DNA of 64,000 nucleotides, from NCBI GenBank assembly GCA_024695625.1, contig JAILHV010000187.1, forward strand, positions 399-64,398, given 5' to 3'. The position numbers and the translations under genes were made by a program. The notes under the pieces were generated by a model, which was not told where the DNA came from, searched no databases, and saw only the letters and a program-made list of their open reading frames with translations. Origin of the DNA: Treponema sp. GTDB taxonomy: Bacteria; Spirochaetota; Spirochaetia; Treponematales; Treponemataceae. Positions 1 to 10,779 of this stretch are shown piece by piece. The first letter of the stretch is position 1. Each line of letters opens with the position of its first letter.

Positions 1-2
1 CC

Positions 3-884
3 GACGGTTCTGTTCAGAACAAGCGCTTTTACTATACTGCGGTTTTTGTCTGCGTGGAGCTGCTCGAATTTGTTTACATCTGGAATTTTTATCGGGAAGA
101 AAGCAATGACGTGGCATATTATTCCAAGCGGTCTGCGGAATTTATTCACAGCGGTCTTTTTAAGGGGGGCTCCCTGCTTTCCGACAGCCGGATGCAAAGT
201 CTTGAGCAGGTGTGCCTTGCCTGCGTTATGAATGCAAGGGGTGTGGACGCTAAGCTTGCGGCGGTTTCTGCGGTGGTTGCAAAAAAGGGCTATGCAGAGC
301 TTACCATGGATTCCATTGCGGCGGAACTGGGCATGGCAAAAAGTTCCTTCTATTCTATATATAAGAACAAGGAAGACATGATTCTTTCGCTTCTTGAAAG
401 TGAGTTTTCTGAATTCGGAAGGATTCTTGCCCTTGCGCTAAGGGATGCCGCTACTTTTGACGAATGCATTTTTTCGATTGTTTGCACCACGACCATTTAT
501 TTTTTCAAGCGCAGTGAAATTCTTGAGGCCTGCAAATGGATTGAATTCCAGCGAGTTGACGGTAATGATGGGGACAACAGGCTTCGCGAGATTTTTAATT
601 CGCCTGAGCATGTTTCCTTTAAGAAGATTCTTTTTGCAAAGAAGGATTCTTTTGAGTTCCCGGCATGTCTTAGCGAGTCCCACAAGGAGCTTGCCCGCGA
701 CCTTATACTGAGCACTGCATTCGGGGAGCCTTTGATGTTTCTTGCCCACGGAATCAGGCACGGTTTTCCCCTTGAATTTTATTCGGAGATTGTCCGCGCA
801 ATTTACAAGATGCTTATGAGCGGAGTTGTAAGTTATACAAAAGACGGAAATATATTCAGTTATGGTAAAAAGGAGGAATTCTGA
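3..884 (+). CDS. TetR/AcrR-family transcriptional regulator (5' end probably outside the window)
   Basis: TetR HTH motif (KKGYAELTMDSIAAELGMAKSSFYSIYKNKEDMI) lies mid-ORF. The frame is open from position 3, and the stop overlaps the TolC start. Confidence 0.75.
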   Translation, partial: DGSVQNKRFYYTAVFVCVELLEFVYIWNFYREESNDVAYYSKRSAEFIHSGLFKGGSLLSDSRMQSLEQVCLACVMNARGVDAKLAAVSAVVAKKGYAELTMDSIAAELGMAKSSFYSIYKNKEDMILSLLESEFSEFGRILALALRDAATFDECIFSIVCTTTIYFFKRSEILEACKWIEFQRVDGNDGDNRLREIFNSPEHVSFKKILFAKKDSFEFPACLSESHKELARDLILSTAFGEPLMFLAHGIRHGFPLEFYSEIVRAIYKMLMSGVVSYTKDGNIFSYGKKEEF

Positions 885-2308
885 TGAATCCTGCATTTAA
901 TAAAAAAATAAAATCTTTTGCCTTTACGCTTGGCTTGCTTGCGTCTGCATTTCTTGCTCCTGCAGTGCTTGCGACAGAGCTTTATGCAGAGGAGAATGGA
1001 CAAAAGACGGTGACACTTACGGTGGATTCTGCCGTTGATTATGCAAAGAAAAACAGCCGTACGCTAAAGAGTGCGGATATAGACCTAGACATAAAGAGAA
1101 GGGCTTCTGCATATTCTTGGAACGTGCTCTTTCCCGATGTTACGGTAAGCGGGACTATGAGCCGTGCAAACAGCGTTGAGTCTTCCATCAAGCAGGCCAA
1201 TGCAATGGCCCCGCTGATGAATGCCATGGGTGTTCCCTTTGAAGAGAAGAAGGAAACGGAGAGCATGCACTGGACTGCTGTTGGCAACGTAACAGCAAGC
1301 CTTAACCTTAGCCTTGCCTACATAAATTCCATTAGGGCGGCCAAGGCTGACTACGAGGCTGGAATAATCACTTGGGAAAAAAGCCAGAAGGAAACCCTTG
1401 CCAACATAAAGAAGCTTTTCTACGGGCTTCTTCTTGCCCAGGAAAACCTTGACCTCCAGAAGCGCAGCCTTGAAAATGCAAGGCAGAGGAGTAGCCAGGC
1501 TGCAGCCAACTTCCGAAACGGCCGCATACCGGAGCTTGCCCTTTTGCAGGCCCAGGTAACTTATCAGAACAAGGTTCCCGAAGTTGAACAGGCTGAAATG
1601 CAGTTCAAGCAGCAGAAGGATATGTTTGCCTTCCTTTTGGGAATGCCTGTTGGTACGGAAATTGTCCTTGACGGCAGCATAGAGCCTGAATACATTGACC
1701 TTGATGCGGATTCCCTGATGAAGCAGTACCTTGAGACAAGCCTTGACTACAAGTCACTCCAGGCAACCCTCAACATGATGAACCTTCAGCTGGGGGCTGC
1801 AAACATGGCGGCCTTTACCCCGGCACTTGCACTAAGCTACAGCTACCAGCCGGTTCTTCCCGATGCGCTTGATGCCGACTGGGGAGACAAGGACGCTTGG
1901 GTGGACAACGGTTCCTTTAGCGTAACTCTTGCGTGGAAGGTTTCGGACATGCTTCCTTGGTCAAAGAACAGGCAGCAGGCAAAGGACCTTAAGGCCAACA
2001 TACAGAAGCTTGAGCTTAGCCTTCAGGACGTGCGCGAAAACCAGAGAATGAAGATTCAGGAGGCCGTGGACAACCTGAAGATGTGCCGTGAGCAGATTCA
2101 GTCAATGCAGAGGAACGTGACCCTTGCACAGCGCTCCTACAACATGACCGCAGCCGCCTACATGAACGGTACCCGCGAGCTTTTGGATCTCCGTGATGCG
2201 GAAAACCAGCTGAACCAGGCAAAGCTTGGACTTGCAAACCAGAAGTACAACTACATAAGTTCGCTTTTGGATTTGGAAACCCTGCTTGGCATTGAACTGA
2301 AAAAATAG
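884..2308 (+). CDS. TolC-family outer membrane efflux protein
   Basis: Signal peptide, LTVDSAVDYA N-terminal motif and two OEP-like helical repeats (NGRIPELALLQAQ; NGTRELLDLRDAENQL). Lies directly before the MFP and RND genes. Confidence 0.88.
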   Translation: MNPAFNKKIKSFAFTLGLLASAFLAPAVLATELYAEENGQKTVTLTVDSAVDYAKKNSRTLKSADIDLDIKRRASAYSWNVLFPDVTVSGTMSRANSVESSIKQANAMAPLMNAMGVPFEEKKETESMHWTAVGNVTASLNLSLAYINSIRAAKADYEAGIITWEKSQKETLANIKKLFYGLLLAQENLDLQKRSLENARQRSSQAAANFRNGRIPELALLQAQVTYQNKVPEVEQAEMQFKQQKDMFAFLLGMPVGTEIVLDGSIEPEYIDLDADSLMKQYLETSLDYKSLQATLNMMNLQLGAANMAAFTPALALSYSYQPVLPDALDADWGDKDAWVDNGSFSVTLAWKVSDMLPWSKNRQQAKDLKANIQKLELSLQDVRENQRMKIQEAVDNLKMCREQIQSMQRNVTLAQRSYNMTAAAYMNGTRELLDLRDAENQLNQAKLGLANQKYNYISSLLDLETLLGIELKK

Positions 2309-2326
2309 GTATAAAAGGAGTTTTTT

Positions 2327-3262
2327 ATGAATAGAACAATTTCACAGGCGGCGCGTGTATCTTTTGTACTCACATCCGCTTTGCTTTTTACAATCGCTTT
2401 TTCCGGCTGTTCCAAAAAGGCATCCGATGCAAAGAAAGAAGATGAGGAAACTGTATTTGCCGTAAATGCCCTTAAAGTGGGTAAGGGTAACCTTGACGAA
2501 TACCTTGAATTTGGCGGTGACGTTTCATCCGCTTCGTCTGTAAGCGTAATGCCCGACATGGCAGGAAAGATTTCCCGCATACTGGTAAGCGTTGGCGATT
2601 CTGTTGCCAAGAACCAGGTCCTTGCTTATGTAGACGCAAGCACACCCGGTATGTACTACAGCCAGAGCCCGGTCCGCTCACCAATCAGCGGAATTGTAAC
2701 TTCCTTTACACCGAACGTTGGTTCCCAGGTTTCCCCTGCAATGGCTGTTGCAACCGTAAGCCAGACGGACAATCTGGAAATAAAGATAAGCGTTGCTGAG
2801 CGTTTTGTTAGCCGCATCAAGATGGACCAGAATGCCTTCATTTCTTTTAACGCATATCCCGGAGTTGAATTTACTGCAAAGGTTGTGGAGATAAGCCCTG
2901 TACTGGACACTTCAACCCGCACAATGAATGCAAAGCTCCGCCTTTCACCCAACGACGACAGAATCCATGTTGGTATGTACGGCCGCGTAAAGCTTATAAC
3001 CGACAGCGTAAGCAATGCAATCGTTGTTCCGCTTGGTGCAATCGTTCAGCGCGACGGCAAACCTTACATCTTTGTGGTAAGTTCCCAGAAGACGGAGAGT
3101 GAGCCTGCCCGCGTAAAGCTTCAGAGCGTTTCAGAAGGAATTACGGTTGACAACAAGACTGAAATCACCAACGGAATTTCTGCCGGAGACCTGATTATTG
3201 TAAAGGGACAGTCACTCTTGAACGACGGATCTGCCGTAAACATTGTTTCTGTTTCGGAATAG
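2327..3262 (+). CDS. RND efflux periplasmic adaptor (MFP), lipoprotein
   Basis: Lipobox FSGC, lipoyl-like motifs (GKISRILVSVGDSVAKNQVL; VRSPISGIV), ISPVLDTSTRT, and C-terminal GDLIIVKGQ. Confidence 0.9.
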   Translation: MNRTISQAARVSFVLTSALLFTIAFSGCSKKASDAKKEDEETVFAVNALKVGKGNLDEYLEFGGDVSSASSVSVMPDMAGKISRILVSVGDSVAKNQVLAYVDASTPGMYYSQSPVRSPISGIVTSFTPNVGSQVSPAMAVATVSQTDNLEIKISVAERFVSRIKMDQNAFISFNAYPGVEFTAKVVEISPVLDTSTRTMNAKLRLSPNDDRIHVGMYGRVKLITDSVSNAIVVPLGAIVQRDGKPYIFVVSSQKTESEPARVKLQSVSEGITVDNKTEITNGISAGDLIIVKGQSLLNDGSAVNIVSVSE

Positions 3263-3298
3263 TCTGAATATATGAATATAATATAGAAGGAATAAAAT

Positions 3299-6200
3299 AT
3301 GACTTTATCAGAAAAAGCGGTTCATAAGCCGGTAACAACTTTGCTGATTTTCTTCATTCTTATTGCGCTGGGAATTTTCTGTACGTTGAACCTGCCAATG
3401 GACATGTACCCAAACATGGATCTTCCCTACATGATTGTATATACCACTTACGACAATGCAGGTCCTGAGGAAGTTGAACAGAGCGTTACCCGTACGCTGG
3501 AATCTTCACTTTCGGGTCTTGGCGGATTAAAGAAGATGCAGTCCCAGTCATCCACTGGATTGAGTATTATCTTTCTTGAATTCAACTACGGAACAAACCT
3601 GGACACGTCTGCAAACGAGATTCGAGACAAGATAGATATTGTGCGTTCATACCTCCCTGATGACGCTTCAACACCTCTCACAATCCAGATGGACCCATCC
3701 ATGATGCCTATCAAGGTTCTTGCGGTAAAGGGAAACCGTACTCCAGAGGAACTCCGCGACTATGCAGAAGACGTTATTCAGCCACGCCTTGAGCAGCTGG
3801 ACGGTATTGCAAGCGCAAACGTTACCGGTGGTAGGGAAGAGTCAATCAACGTAGACATTCCCCGCGACCGCCTTGAAGCATACAGCCTTAGCGTAAGCCA
3901 GGTTGCCCAGATGATTGGCGCCCAGAATATTCAGAGTTCAGGCGGAAAGATTACAAGTGGAGACTTGAACTATACCATAAAGACAAACGGAAAGTACCAG
4001 AGCATAGAGGATTTGCGTAACACAGTAATTTCCTACAAGATGGCCGCTTCCGACGGAATGAATGCCCCTGAGCTTAAGACAATCCTTCTCCGCGACATTG
4101 CAGACATCTATGACGGTTACAAGGATGTTTCCACACTCGCTTATCTTGACGGTGAACCTTGTGTTCTTATCATGCTGCAGAAGCAGAGCGGAAAAAACTC
4201 TGTTCAGGCGGCACGAAGGGTAGACAAGGCAATTCCTACAATAAAAGCTGCCCTTCCAACGGACATAGAAATTGTAGAAGTATACGATACTACCGATGCA
4301 ATTGAACAGACCATCGGCGAAGTTGTAAACTCTGTTATTGTTGGTGCAATCCTTGCAGTTTTGGTTCTTATTGTCTTCCTCCGCTCATTGAGGAGTACAA
4401 TCATCATAGCCCTTGCAATTCCTATTTCCGTAATGATAACTTTGTTTGCCATGTACTTTATGGACATTACGATTAACATGGTTTCTACAGCGGGTCTTTT
4501 GCTTGGTATAGGTATGCTTGTAGACAACTCCATAGTTGTTCTGGAAAACATATTCTCCTACAGGCAAAAGGGAACCAAGTCCAGCGTTGCTTCTGTTCTT
4601 GGTGCAAAGGAAATGATTACTTCAATTACGGCAAGTACCCTTACTTCCGTCTGTATCTTCCTTCCTATGCTTATGTTCAAGAAGATGCTTGGAATTATGG
4701 GACAGATGTTCAACGATCTTGCTTGGACAATCATCTTCTCCCTCTTGAGCTCTCTTATTGTTGCAATCGCACTTGTTCCTGCCCTTACATCGCGCTTCAT
4801 GCAGATTTCAATTCATGAATACAATACGGACAAGCCTTTGGACCGCTTTAACCGCTGGGCAGACAAATTCTTTGACAATCTGGACATAAGGTATTCGCAC
4901 GGAGTAAAGCGTGTTCTTCGCCACAGAAAGCTTGTCATATTCAGCCTTATTGGTCTTTTTATAGTTTCTTTTGCTGTTATAAAAGTAGTTGGATTCATCT
5001 TTATGCCCGAACCAGCTTCCAACATGGTTTCCATAGACTTTGCCCTGCCCAAGGGAACTCCCCTTGACGTTACGGAAAACACGATTCTTTCCATGCAGGC
5101 AATGGCAAGCCAGGAACTTAAGGGTGTAAAATACACGATGGTTTCTGTTGGCGGTACATCATGGTTTTCATCAGGTTCAGAGTCAAATGCAGGACGAATC
5201 GTATTCTCCCTTTACCCTGTAGATGAAAGGCAACCGGGTTGGGATAACGAAAAGTCTGCCAAGGAAAAGCTTAGGAAATACTTTACCATGTTCCCGGGAG
5301 CAGACTTGAGCTTCTCCAAGAATATGAACAGTGCAGGCTCCGGTGGAATGAGCATAGACATAAAGAGTGATGACCTTGAGCTTGTCCGTTCAACTGCAAC
5401 GCAGATAGAAAAGCTTCTTAAGGAAAAGGCTCAGGATTATGTTACAGAAGTTTCTAGCGATGTAGAAGACGGTCTTCCACAGGCGGAAATTATTGTTGAC
5501 CGCGACCGCATGTACGAGCTTGGCCTTAACGTTTACGGGGTTGGAAGTGAAATTACAGCCGCAATCAACGGAACTACAGCAAGCCGCTACACCAAGAACG
5601 GAGACGACATAGACATTCTTGTGCGCATGAGTGAGCGTGACAAGACAAAGCTTGCAGACCTTGACCAGATTACAGTGGTTAACAGCCAGGGTCAGCAGAT
5701 TCCTTTGAGCAGCTTTGCCCACTATGAGCAGAACGAAGCCCCGGTTACAATCTTCCGCGAATCCCAGGCCCGTATTGCCCACGTTACGGCTAAGCCAGCA
5801 AGCGGAAAGTCTCTTGATGTTATCCAGAAGGAAATCAACAAGCTTATCAGTGACAACATTCCTCAGGATGAAAACGTTCTTATAGCATTCTCCGGTGACT
5901 ATGCAGACATGATGGAAGCTGTCTTTAAGTTTGGTGCAATCATCATCATGGCGGCAATTCTGGTATTCGTAGTAATGGCAAGCCAGTTTGAGTCTCTTAT
6001 TGACCCGTTCATTGTTATTATGACGATTCCGCTTTCCTTCATCGGTGTATTTACGATTTACCTTATTACCCACCAGCAGCTCAGCGTTATAACGATTATG
6101 GGACTTCTGGTTCTTGTTGGTACAATCGTAAACAACGGTATTGTTCTTGTTGACTACACGAATCTTTTGCGAAAGAGGGGCTACAGCTTGGAGGACGCTT

Positions 6201-6547
6201 GTGTAGAAGCAGCCCGAAACCGTTTGCGCCCAATCCTTATGTCAACTCTTACGACCGTTATTTCTCTTGCACCTATGGCATTCTTCCCGGGTGAAGGTTC
6301 AGCGTCAATGCAGCCAATCTCGCTTACCGTATTCGGTGGTATGACCTTCGGTTCACTTATGACCCTATTCCTTATGCCAACAGTTTACTACATCGTAAAC
6401 AACCGCCGCATAAAGAAGGCTGCCAAGAAAGAAGCTAAGGCCCGTGCAAAGGCTTTGGCCGCCCGCAATGCCGCATTTGCAAGGGGAGAGAAAGTAAGCA
6501 GCTTAAAGAATCAGCAGGATCTTTTTGGTTCCGAGGAAAAGGAGTAG
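3299..6547 (+). CDS. RND efflux transporter permease (AcrB/AcrD/AcrF family)
   Basis: 1082 aa with GPEEVEQSVT, GMLVDNSIVVLENI and RLRPILMSTLTT motifs and a 12-TM pattern. Confidence 0.95.
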   Translation: MTLSEKAVHKPVTTLLIFFILIALGIFCTLNLPMDMYPNMDLPYMIVYTTYDNAGPEEVEQSVTRTLESSLSGLGGLKKMQSQSSTGLSIIFLEFNYGTNLDTSANEIRDKIDIVRSYLPDDASTPLTIQMDPSMMPIKVLAVKGNRTPEELRDYAEDVIQPRLEQLDGIASANVTGGREESINVDIPRDRLEAYSLSVSQVAQMIGAQNIQSSGGKITSGDLNYTIKTNGKYQSIEDLRNTVISYKMAASDGMNAPELKTILLRDIADIYDGYKDVSTLAYLDGEPCVLIMLQKQSGKNSVQAARRVDKAIPTIKAALPTDIEIVEVYDTTDAIEQTIGEVVNSVIVGAILAVLVLIVFLRSLRSTIIIALAIPISVMITLFAMYFMDITINMVSTAGLLLGIGMLVDNSIVVLENIFSYRQKGTKSSVASVLGAKEMITSITASTLTSVCIFLPMLMFKKMLGIMGQMFNDLAWTIIFSLLSSLIVAIALVPALTSRFMQISIHEYNTDKPLDRFNRWADKFFDNLDIRYSHGVKRVLRHRKLVIFSLIGLFIVSFAVIKVVGFIFMPEPASNMVSIDFALPKGTPLDVTENTILSMQAMASQELKGVKYTMVSVGGTSWFSSGSESNAGRIVFSLYPVDERQPGWDNEKSAKEKLRKYFTMFPGADLSFSKNMNSAGSGGMSIDIKSDDLELVRSTATQIEKLLKEKAQDYVTEVSSDVEDGLPQAEIIVDRDRMYELGLNVYGVGSEITAAINGTTASRYTKNGDDIDILVRMSERDKTKLADLDQITVVNSQGQQIPLSSFAHYEQNEAPVTIFRESQARIAHVTAKPASGKSLDVIQKEINKLISDNIPQDENVLIAFSGDYADMMEAVFKFGAIIIMAAILVFVVMASQFESLIDPFIVIMTIPLSFIGVFTIYLITHQQLSVITIMGLLVLVGTIVNNGIVLVDYTNLLRKRGYSLEDACVEAARNRLRPILMSTLTTVISLAPMAFFPGEGSASMQPISLTVFGGMTFGSLMTLFLMPTVYYIVNNRRIKKAAKKEAKARAKALAARNAAFARGEKVSSLKNQQDLFGSEEKE

Positions 6548-6553
6548 TGCATT

Positions 6554-6850
6554 ATGGAAAAGAAAGTCCGCATAGAGATAATTTATTCACAGGCCTTGGA
6601 CGAAGACTTCATCACTGAATTCAGCAAGGCTGGAATCGTCCACAGGTATACAAAATTCAACAATGTTACCGGTGCCGGATTCAACAATCCGCATTTGGGG
6701 GACGACGTGTGGCCTCAGCTTAACATGATGTACCTTATTTTTTGTGGCGAAGACGAAGCTGAAAAAATCAAGGAAATAGTTTCCAGGCTGCGCGAAAGTT
6801 ATAAGACCGAAGGAATTGCGTGTTTCATAAGTTCCGCAGAAGAATTCTAA
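6554..6850 (+). CDS. PG0541-family / PII-like transporter-associated protein
   Basis: 98 aa with a VTGAG...PHLGDDVWPQLN motif, immediately after the RND gene. Confidence 0.7.
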   Translation: MEKKVRIEIIYSQALDEDFITEFSKAGIVHRYTKFNNVTGAGFNNPHLGDDVWPQLNMMYLIFCGEDEAEKIKEIVSRLRESYKTEGIACFISSAEEF

Positions 6851-6874
6851 GGAAAGATTTTACAGGAGGCATTT

Positions 6875-7840
6875 ATGGCTACGGAAAATAAAAAGTTAAA
6901 AAATTTCCTGACCCCGGTAAGGGTAATCTGGGGCTTGGTAGCTTTTGTTTTTGTGATTATGCTTTTCACAAGTTTTTTCATCGTGAATCCTGACGAGCAG
7001 TGCGTTATAACAAGGTTTGGCCGCTACTACGAAACACTTGGCCCTGGCCTTCACTACAAGCTGCCCTTTGGCATCGACAAGAAATATGTTGTTCCGGGAC
7101 CAAAGGCAATCCAGACCGAACAGTTTGGTTTTGTTACGACTCACGGCGGACCTGTGAACCAGTACAAGAACGGTATTACAAATGAATCCACCATGCTTAC
7201 TGGAGACCTTAACATTGTAGACGTTGAGTGGATTATCCAGTACCGCATTACAGACCCAAAGGCCTGGCTCTTTACGGTTCAGGAAAAAGAGCAGACCATA
7301 CGCGACATAAGCCGCTCCGTGGTGAACACCCTTGTTGGTGACCGCGCAATTCTTGAGGTAATGAGCAGCGAGCGCACTAACATAGAAAACCTTGCAGTTG
7401 AGCAGATGAACCTCCAGTACAAAAAGCTTGGAATAGGAATAGATGTTTCTGCCGTAAAGCTTCAGAACATTGTTCCCCCAGCTGGAGTTCAGGATGCATT
7501 CGAAGACGTAAACAAGGCCATACAGGATATGAACCGCTACATCAACGAGGGCAAGGAACGCTACAATGCGGAAATCCCCAAGGCAAAGGGTGAGGCGGAC
7601 CAGAAGGTTCAGGTTGCGGAAGGATATGCTGCCGAGCGCGTGAACAAGGCAAAGGGTGACGTTGCCCGCTTCAATTCAGTTTACGAGGAATACCGCAAGG
7701 CTCCGGCCGTTACCCGTGACCGTCTTTACCTTGAGACCATGGAAGAAATTTTTGCAGGCCAGGACAAAGAAAAGAAGCCTGCCCTCATCGACAGCGAGTT
7801 GGAAAATATTTTGCCTGTCAAGAATCTTGGAAAAAACTAG
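6875..7840 (+). CDS. hflK: FtsH protease modulator HflK
   Basis: N-terminal TM, SPFH domain (MLTGDLNIVDVEWIIQYRITDP) and C-terminal AKGDVARF...RLYLETME. Confidence 0.93.
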   Translation: MATENKKLKNFLTPVRVIWGLVAFVFVIMLFTSFFIVNPDEQCVITRFGRYYETLGPGLHYKLPFGIDKKYVVPGPKAIQTEQFGFVTTHGGPVNQYKNGITNESTMLTGDLNIVDVEWIIQYRITDPKAWLFTVQEKEQTIRDISRSVVNTLVGDRAILEVMSSERTNIENLAVEQMNLQYKKLGIGIDVSAVKLQNIVPPAGVQDAFEDVNKAIQDMNRYINEGKERYNAEIPKAKGEADQKVQVAEGYAAERVNKAKGDVARFNSVYEEYRKAPAVTRDRLYLETMEEIFAGQDKEKKPALIDSELENILPVKNLGKN

Positions 7841-7851
7841 GGGGTGAACAA

Positions 7852-8841
7852 ATGAAGAAATCTTACATAGCAATAATTATTGTTGTCTTGGCATTTTTTA
7901 TTTTTCTTGCAGAAGGTCCTTTTTATGTTGTTGACGAAGGAAGCCAGACCGTTACAACCCGCATGGGAAGAATCGTAAACACCCATACCCAGGCAGGCCT
8001 TTACATGAAGGCTCCCTTTATAGACAAGATTACAACATATCCTGCACGCATACTTTCCCTTGAGGGCGACAGCGAGCGCATCCCTACAAAGGAAAACCAG
8101 TTCATCATCGTGGACACAACAAGCCGCTGGAGAATCAGCGACCCTGCACTTTTTTACCAGTCTTTCAGGACTCTTGAAGGTGCCTATATCAAGCTTAGCG
8201 ACGTAATCGATTCTGCAACGCGCACGATTATTACCCGCAACCGCCTCAGTGAAATTGTCCGTTCAAGCAACATCATTAACGAAAAGACCTCTGCCCAGGA
8301 TTCATCCCTTTCCGGAATTGCAGACGATGAGAGCGCAGAAATTGAAGCCCTGCTCAACGTTTCAAACCAGAACGAAAATGTTTCCAAAGGCCGCACAAGG
8401 CTCTGCGACGAGATGACGGAAGAAGCCCGCAAGATGATGGGTGAGTTTGGCATTGAGCTCATCGACATCGTTCCCCGCCAGATTAAGTATTCCGACGAGC
8501 TTACGGAAAGCGTCTATAACCGCATGATAAAGGAACGCAATCAGGTTGCCCAGGCCTACCGCTCTCTTGGTGAAGGCAAAAAAGCTGAGTGGCTTGGTAA
8601 GCTTGAAAACGAAAAGCGTACCATAGAAAGTGAAGCCTACAAGGTAAGCGAAGAGACAAAGGGTAAGGCTGATGCCCAGGCTGCCGCAATTTACGCGGAA
8701 AGCTACAGCCGCGACCCCAAGTTCTACGAGTTTTGGAAAAGCCTTGAATCCTACAAGACGACCATGGGAACCTTTGATACAACATACAGCACCAAGCTTG
8801 ACTACTTTAAGTATCTGTACAGTTCCGGCGGAAACCGATAA
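7852..8841 (+). CDS. hflC: FtsH protease modulator HflC
   Basis: SPFH domain, VYNRMIKER and DPKFYEFWKSLESY motifs; follows hflK. Confidence 0.93.
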   Translation: MKKSYIAIIIVVLAFFIFLAEGPFYVVDEGSQTVTTRMGRIVNTHTQAGLYMKAPFIDKITTYPARILSLEGDSERIPTKENQFIIVDTTSRWRISDPALFYQSFRTLEGAYIKLSDVIDSATRTIITRNRLSEIVRSSNIINEKTSAQDSSLSGIADDESAEIEALLNVSNQNENVSKGRTRLCDEMTEEARKMMGEFGIELIDIVPRQIKYSDELTESVYNRMIKERNQVAQAYRSLGEGKKAEWLGKLENEKRTIESEAYKVSEETKGKADAQAAAIYAESYSRDPKFYEFWKSLESYKTTMGTFDTTYSTKLDYFKYLYSSGGNR

Positions 8842-8850
8842 AATAGGGGT

Positions 8851-10683
8851 ATGGAAAACGTATTCGAAAAAGACGGCTTTGTCTACCTAAATACAGGCCT
8901 GTCTCCTGATGAATTTTCAAAGGCTAGGGGAGGCACCCGGCTTTCAGAAAGCGGTTCTCTTGCCGTACAGACAACTGCAGGCTGGGTTTTCTCCCCCTGG
9001 CACTTTGAAGAGACAGAAGAAGACGCTGGCTTGATATTTGTCAGGGGAAAGGCATTTCCCGGACAGACGCTAAAAGAATACTTTTTTAACGACCGCGCCG
9101 ATTCCTTTTCGGCAGTCTTTTCCTCTGCTGAATTCGGCAAGGCCAAGTCGGCAAGGGCAGCCGCTTTTGTATGCTCCGCAATGGATGCATCCCTTGCCCA
9201 AAAACTTCCTTTGCCAAATTCCGGTGCGGGAGGAATCTTCATTTCTGATGATTTTACAAAGCTTATTTTTTTCCCTGAACAGATTTTCATACAGGCAGCC
9301 CTAAGGTTTGAGTCTTCGGGTGAAAAATCTTTATTCGGACAGAATAGGGCTTTTTACGTTAACCCCGTATTGTCAGGAACGAATGCAGCTCGCTTTACCC
9401 AGGCAGTCATTGCATACCGTGCGCTTACAGGTGAATTTCCCTTTGCCGCAGATAATCAGGAAGAACTCTCCATTGACATGGCAGACAAAAACTTTGTTCC
9501 CCTGCGCAATAAGATTTGGGCCATAGACGAAGCTCTTGCATCTTTTGTAGACAATTCTTTGTCCCGCTTGCCAACCGTAAAGTCCCGGTCAAGGGCAGAC
9601 CGCCTTTCGTCGCTAAGACAGACCGCAATTTCCGATATCTCAAGCGGAAGCCCCCAATCCCGGCTTCCCCTTGAATTATCAGCTGAATTTCCACTTGCGG
9701 CTTTGTGCAGGGAACTAGGTCTTAATCAAGATGGTTCCATTCCCCAGAACGGAAGGCTTCTTTCCGTTATAAGGAAGTCATCTATTTCTCCAGAGGATTT
9801 TGAACTTGCCGTAAAAAAAGAAAGTGAAAAAAATGCGCGTGCCATAAAGACAAAAAGATTTTTGCGCAAGTACAGGAATGTTTTGCTTGTTGCCGCTGCC
9901 GCACTTTTGCTTGCCCTTGTTGCCTCGTTTGCTGTCCGCAGGTCCTATATGGGAAACCCCACCACAAAGGGCCTTTCCGCCATGCAAACCGTGGAAGTTT
10001 TCTATAGTGCCTACAATACGCTTGACTTGAACAAGGCCCGCTGTACTCTTTATGGCCGCCAGACGGATTACCTTGTCAACATGATAAGTCAGGCCTATGT
10101 TACAAACCAGACCCGTACCGCATACAGCCCTGCAAAAAAAACAGTCACTCCTGCCGAATGGATGAACTACAATAATGATGGCAAGTACTACATGTTCGGC
10201 CTTACGGGCTTTGCCGTGAACGAGCAGAAGATGGAGCTTTTTGCAAATCCCCCGCTCATAAAGGACAACCCGCTGCCGGTTTCAGAGGAAGGGGGCAAGA
10301 GAGTCAAGGAAGGTGACACAGTTGAATGCTATGCCACGTATTTCAGGATCATTCCAGAGTCAGAACTTGCAGATTCAGGTGAAAGCGTCCATGAATGGCT
10401 TCATGTTGAGGAATATTGCGACAAGGTTCGCCTGGTCTTTAAAAAGGAATGCTGGCGGATTGTAGAAATTTCAGAGCAGATGGAGAGGGAAAGCTTCCAG
10501 GACACAAAGCCCTTCTACGAAGACTACAAGCGTCTCTTCGATTCCGATGGCCAGGACGTTTTGCTTACCGCAAATGAACTCCGCTCAAAATACGGCTGGA
10601 TTCCAGAAAACAGTGAAATCCTTTCCGCTGCCCAGAAGATGAGGGAAGAATTCCACGCTGACGAGCTGACCGCCACCAAGTAA
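8851..10683 (+). CDS. Hypothetical bitopic membrane protein with a degenerate kinase-like N-terminal region
   Basis: 610-aa ORF with RBS. It has a YRALTGEFPF motif resembling kinase subdomain IX and one central TM (VLLVAAAALLLALVASFAV). Confidence 0.6.
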   Translation: MENVFEKDGFVYLNTGLSPDEFSKARGGTRLSESGSLAVQTTAGWVFSPWHFEETEEDAGLIFVRGKAFPGQTLKEYFFNDRADSFSAVFSSAEFGKAKSARAAAFVCSAMDASLAQKLPLPNSGAGGIFISDDFTKLIFFPEQIFIQAALRFESSGEKSLFGQNRAFYVNPVLSGTNAARFTQAVIAYRALTGEFPFAADNQEELSIDMADKNFVPLRNKIWAIDEALASFVDNSLSRLPTVKSRSRADRLSSLRQTAISDISSGSPQSRLPLELSAEFPLAALCRELGLNQDGSIPQNGRLLSVIRKSSISPEDFELAVKKESEKNARAIKTKRFLRKYRNVLLVAAAALLLALVASFAVRRSYMGNPTTKGLSAMQTVEVFYSAYNTLDLNKARCTLYGRQTDYLVNMISQAYVTNQTRTAYSPAKKTVTPAEWMNYNNDGKYYMFGLTGFAVNEQKMELFANPPLIKDNPLPVSEEGGKRVKEGDTVECYATYFRIIPESELADSGESVHEWLHVEEYCDKVRLVFKKECWRIVEISEQMERESFQDTKPFYEDYKRLFDSDGQDVLLTANELRSKYGWIPENSEILSAAQKMREEFHADELTATK

Positions 10684-10779
10684 AACATTTTGACATATTT
10701 ACATATTTTGTCATATTGACTATTGAGCAAAAAAAGGCTAAAATCATTGAAAGTTCTTGAATTGATAAGCGAGGTAGCA

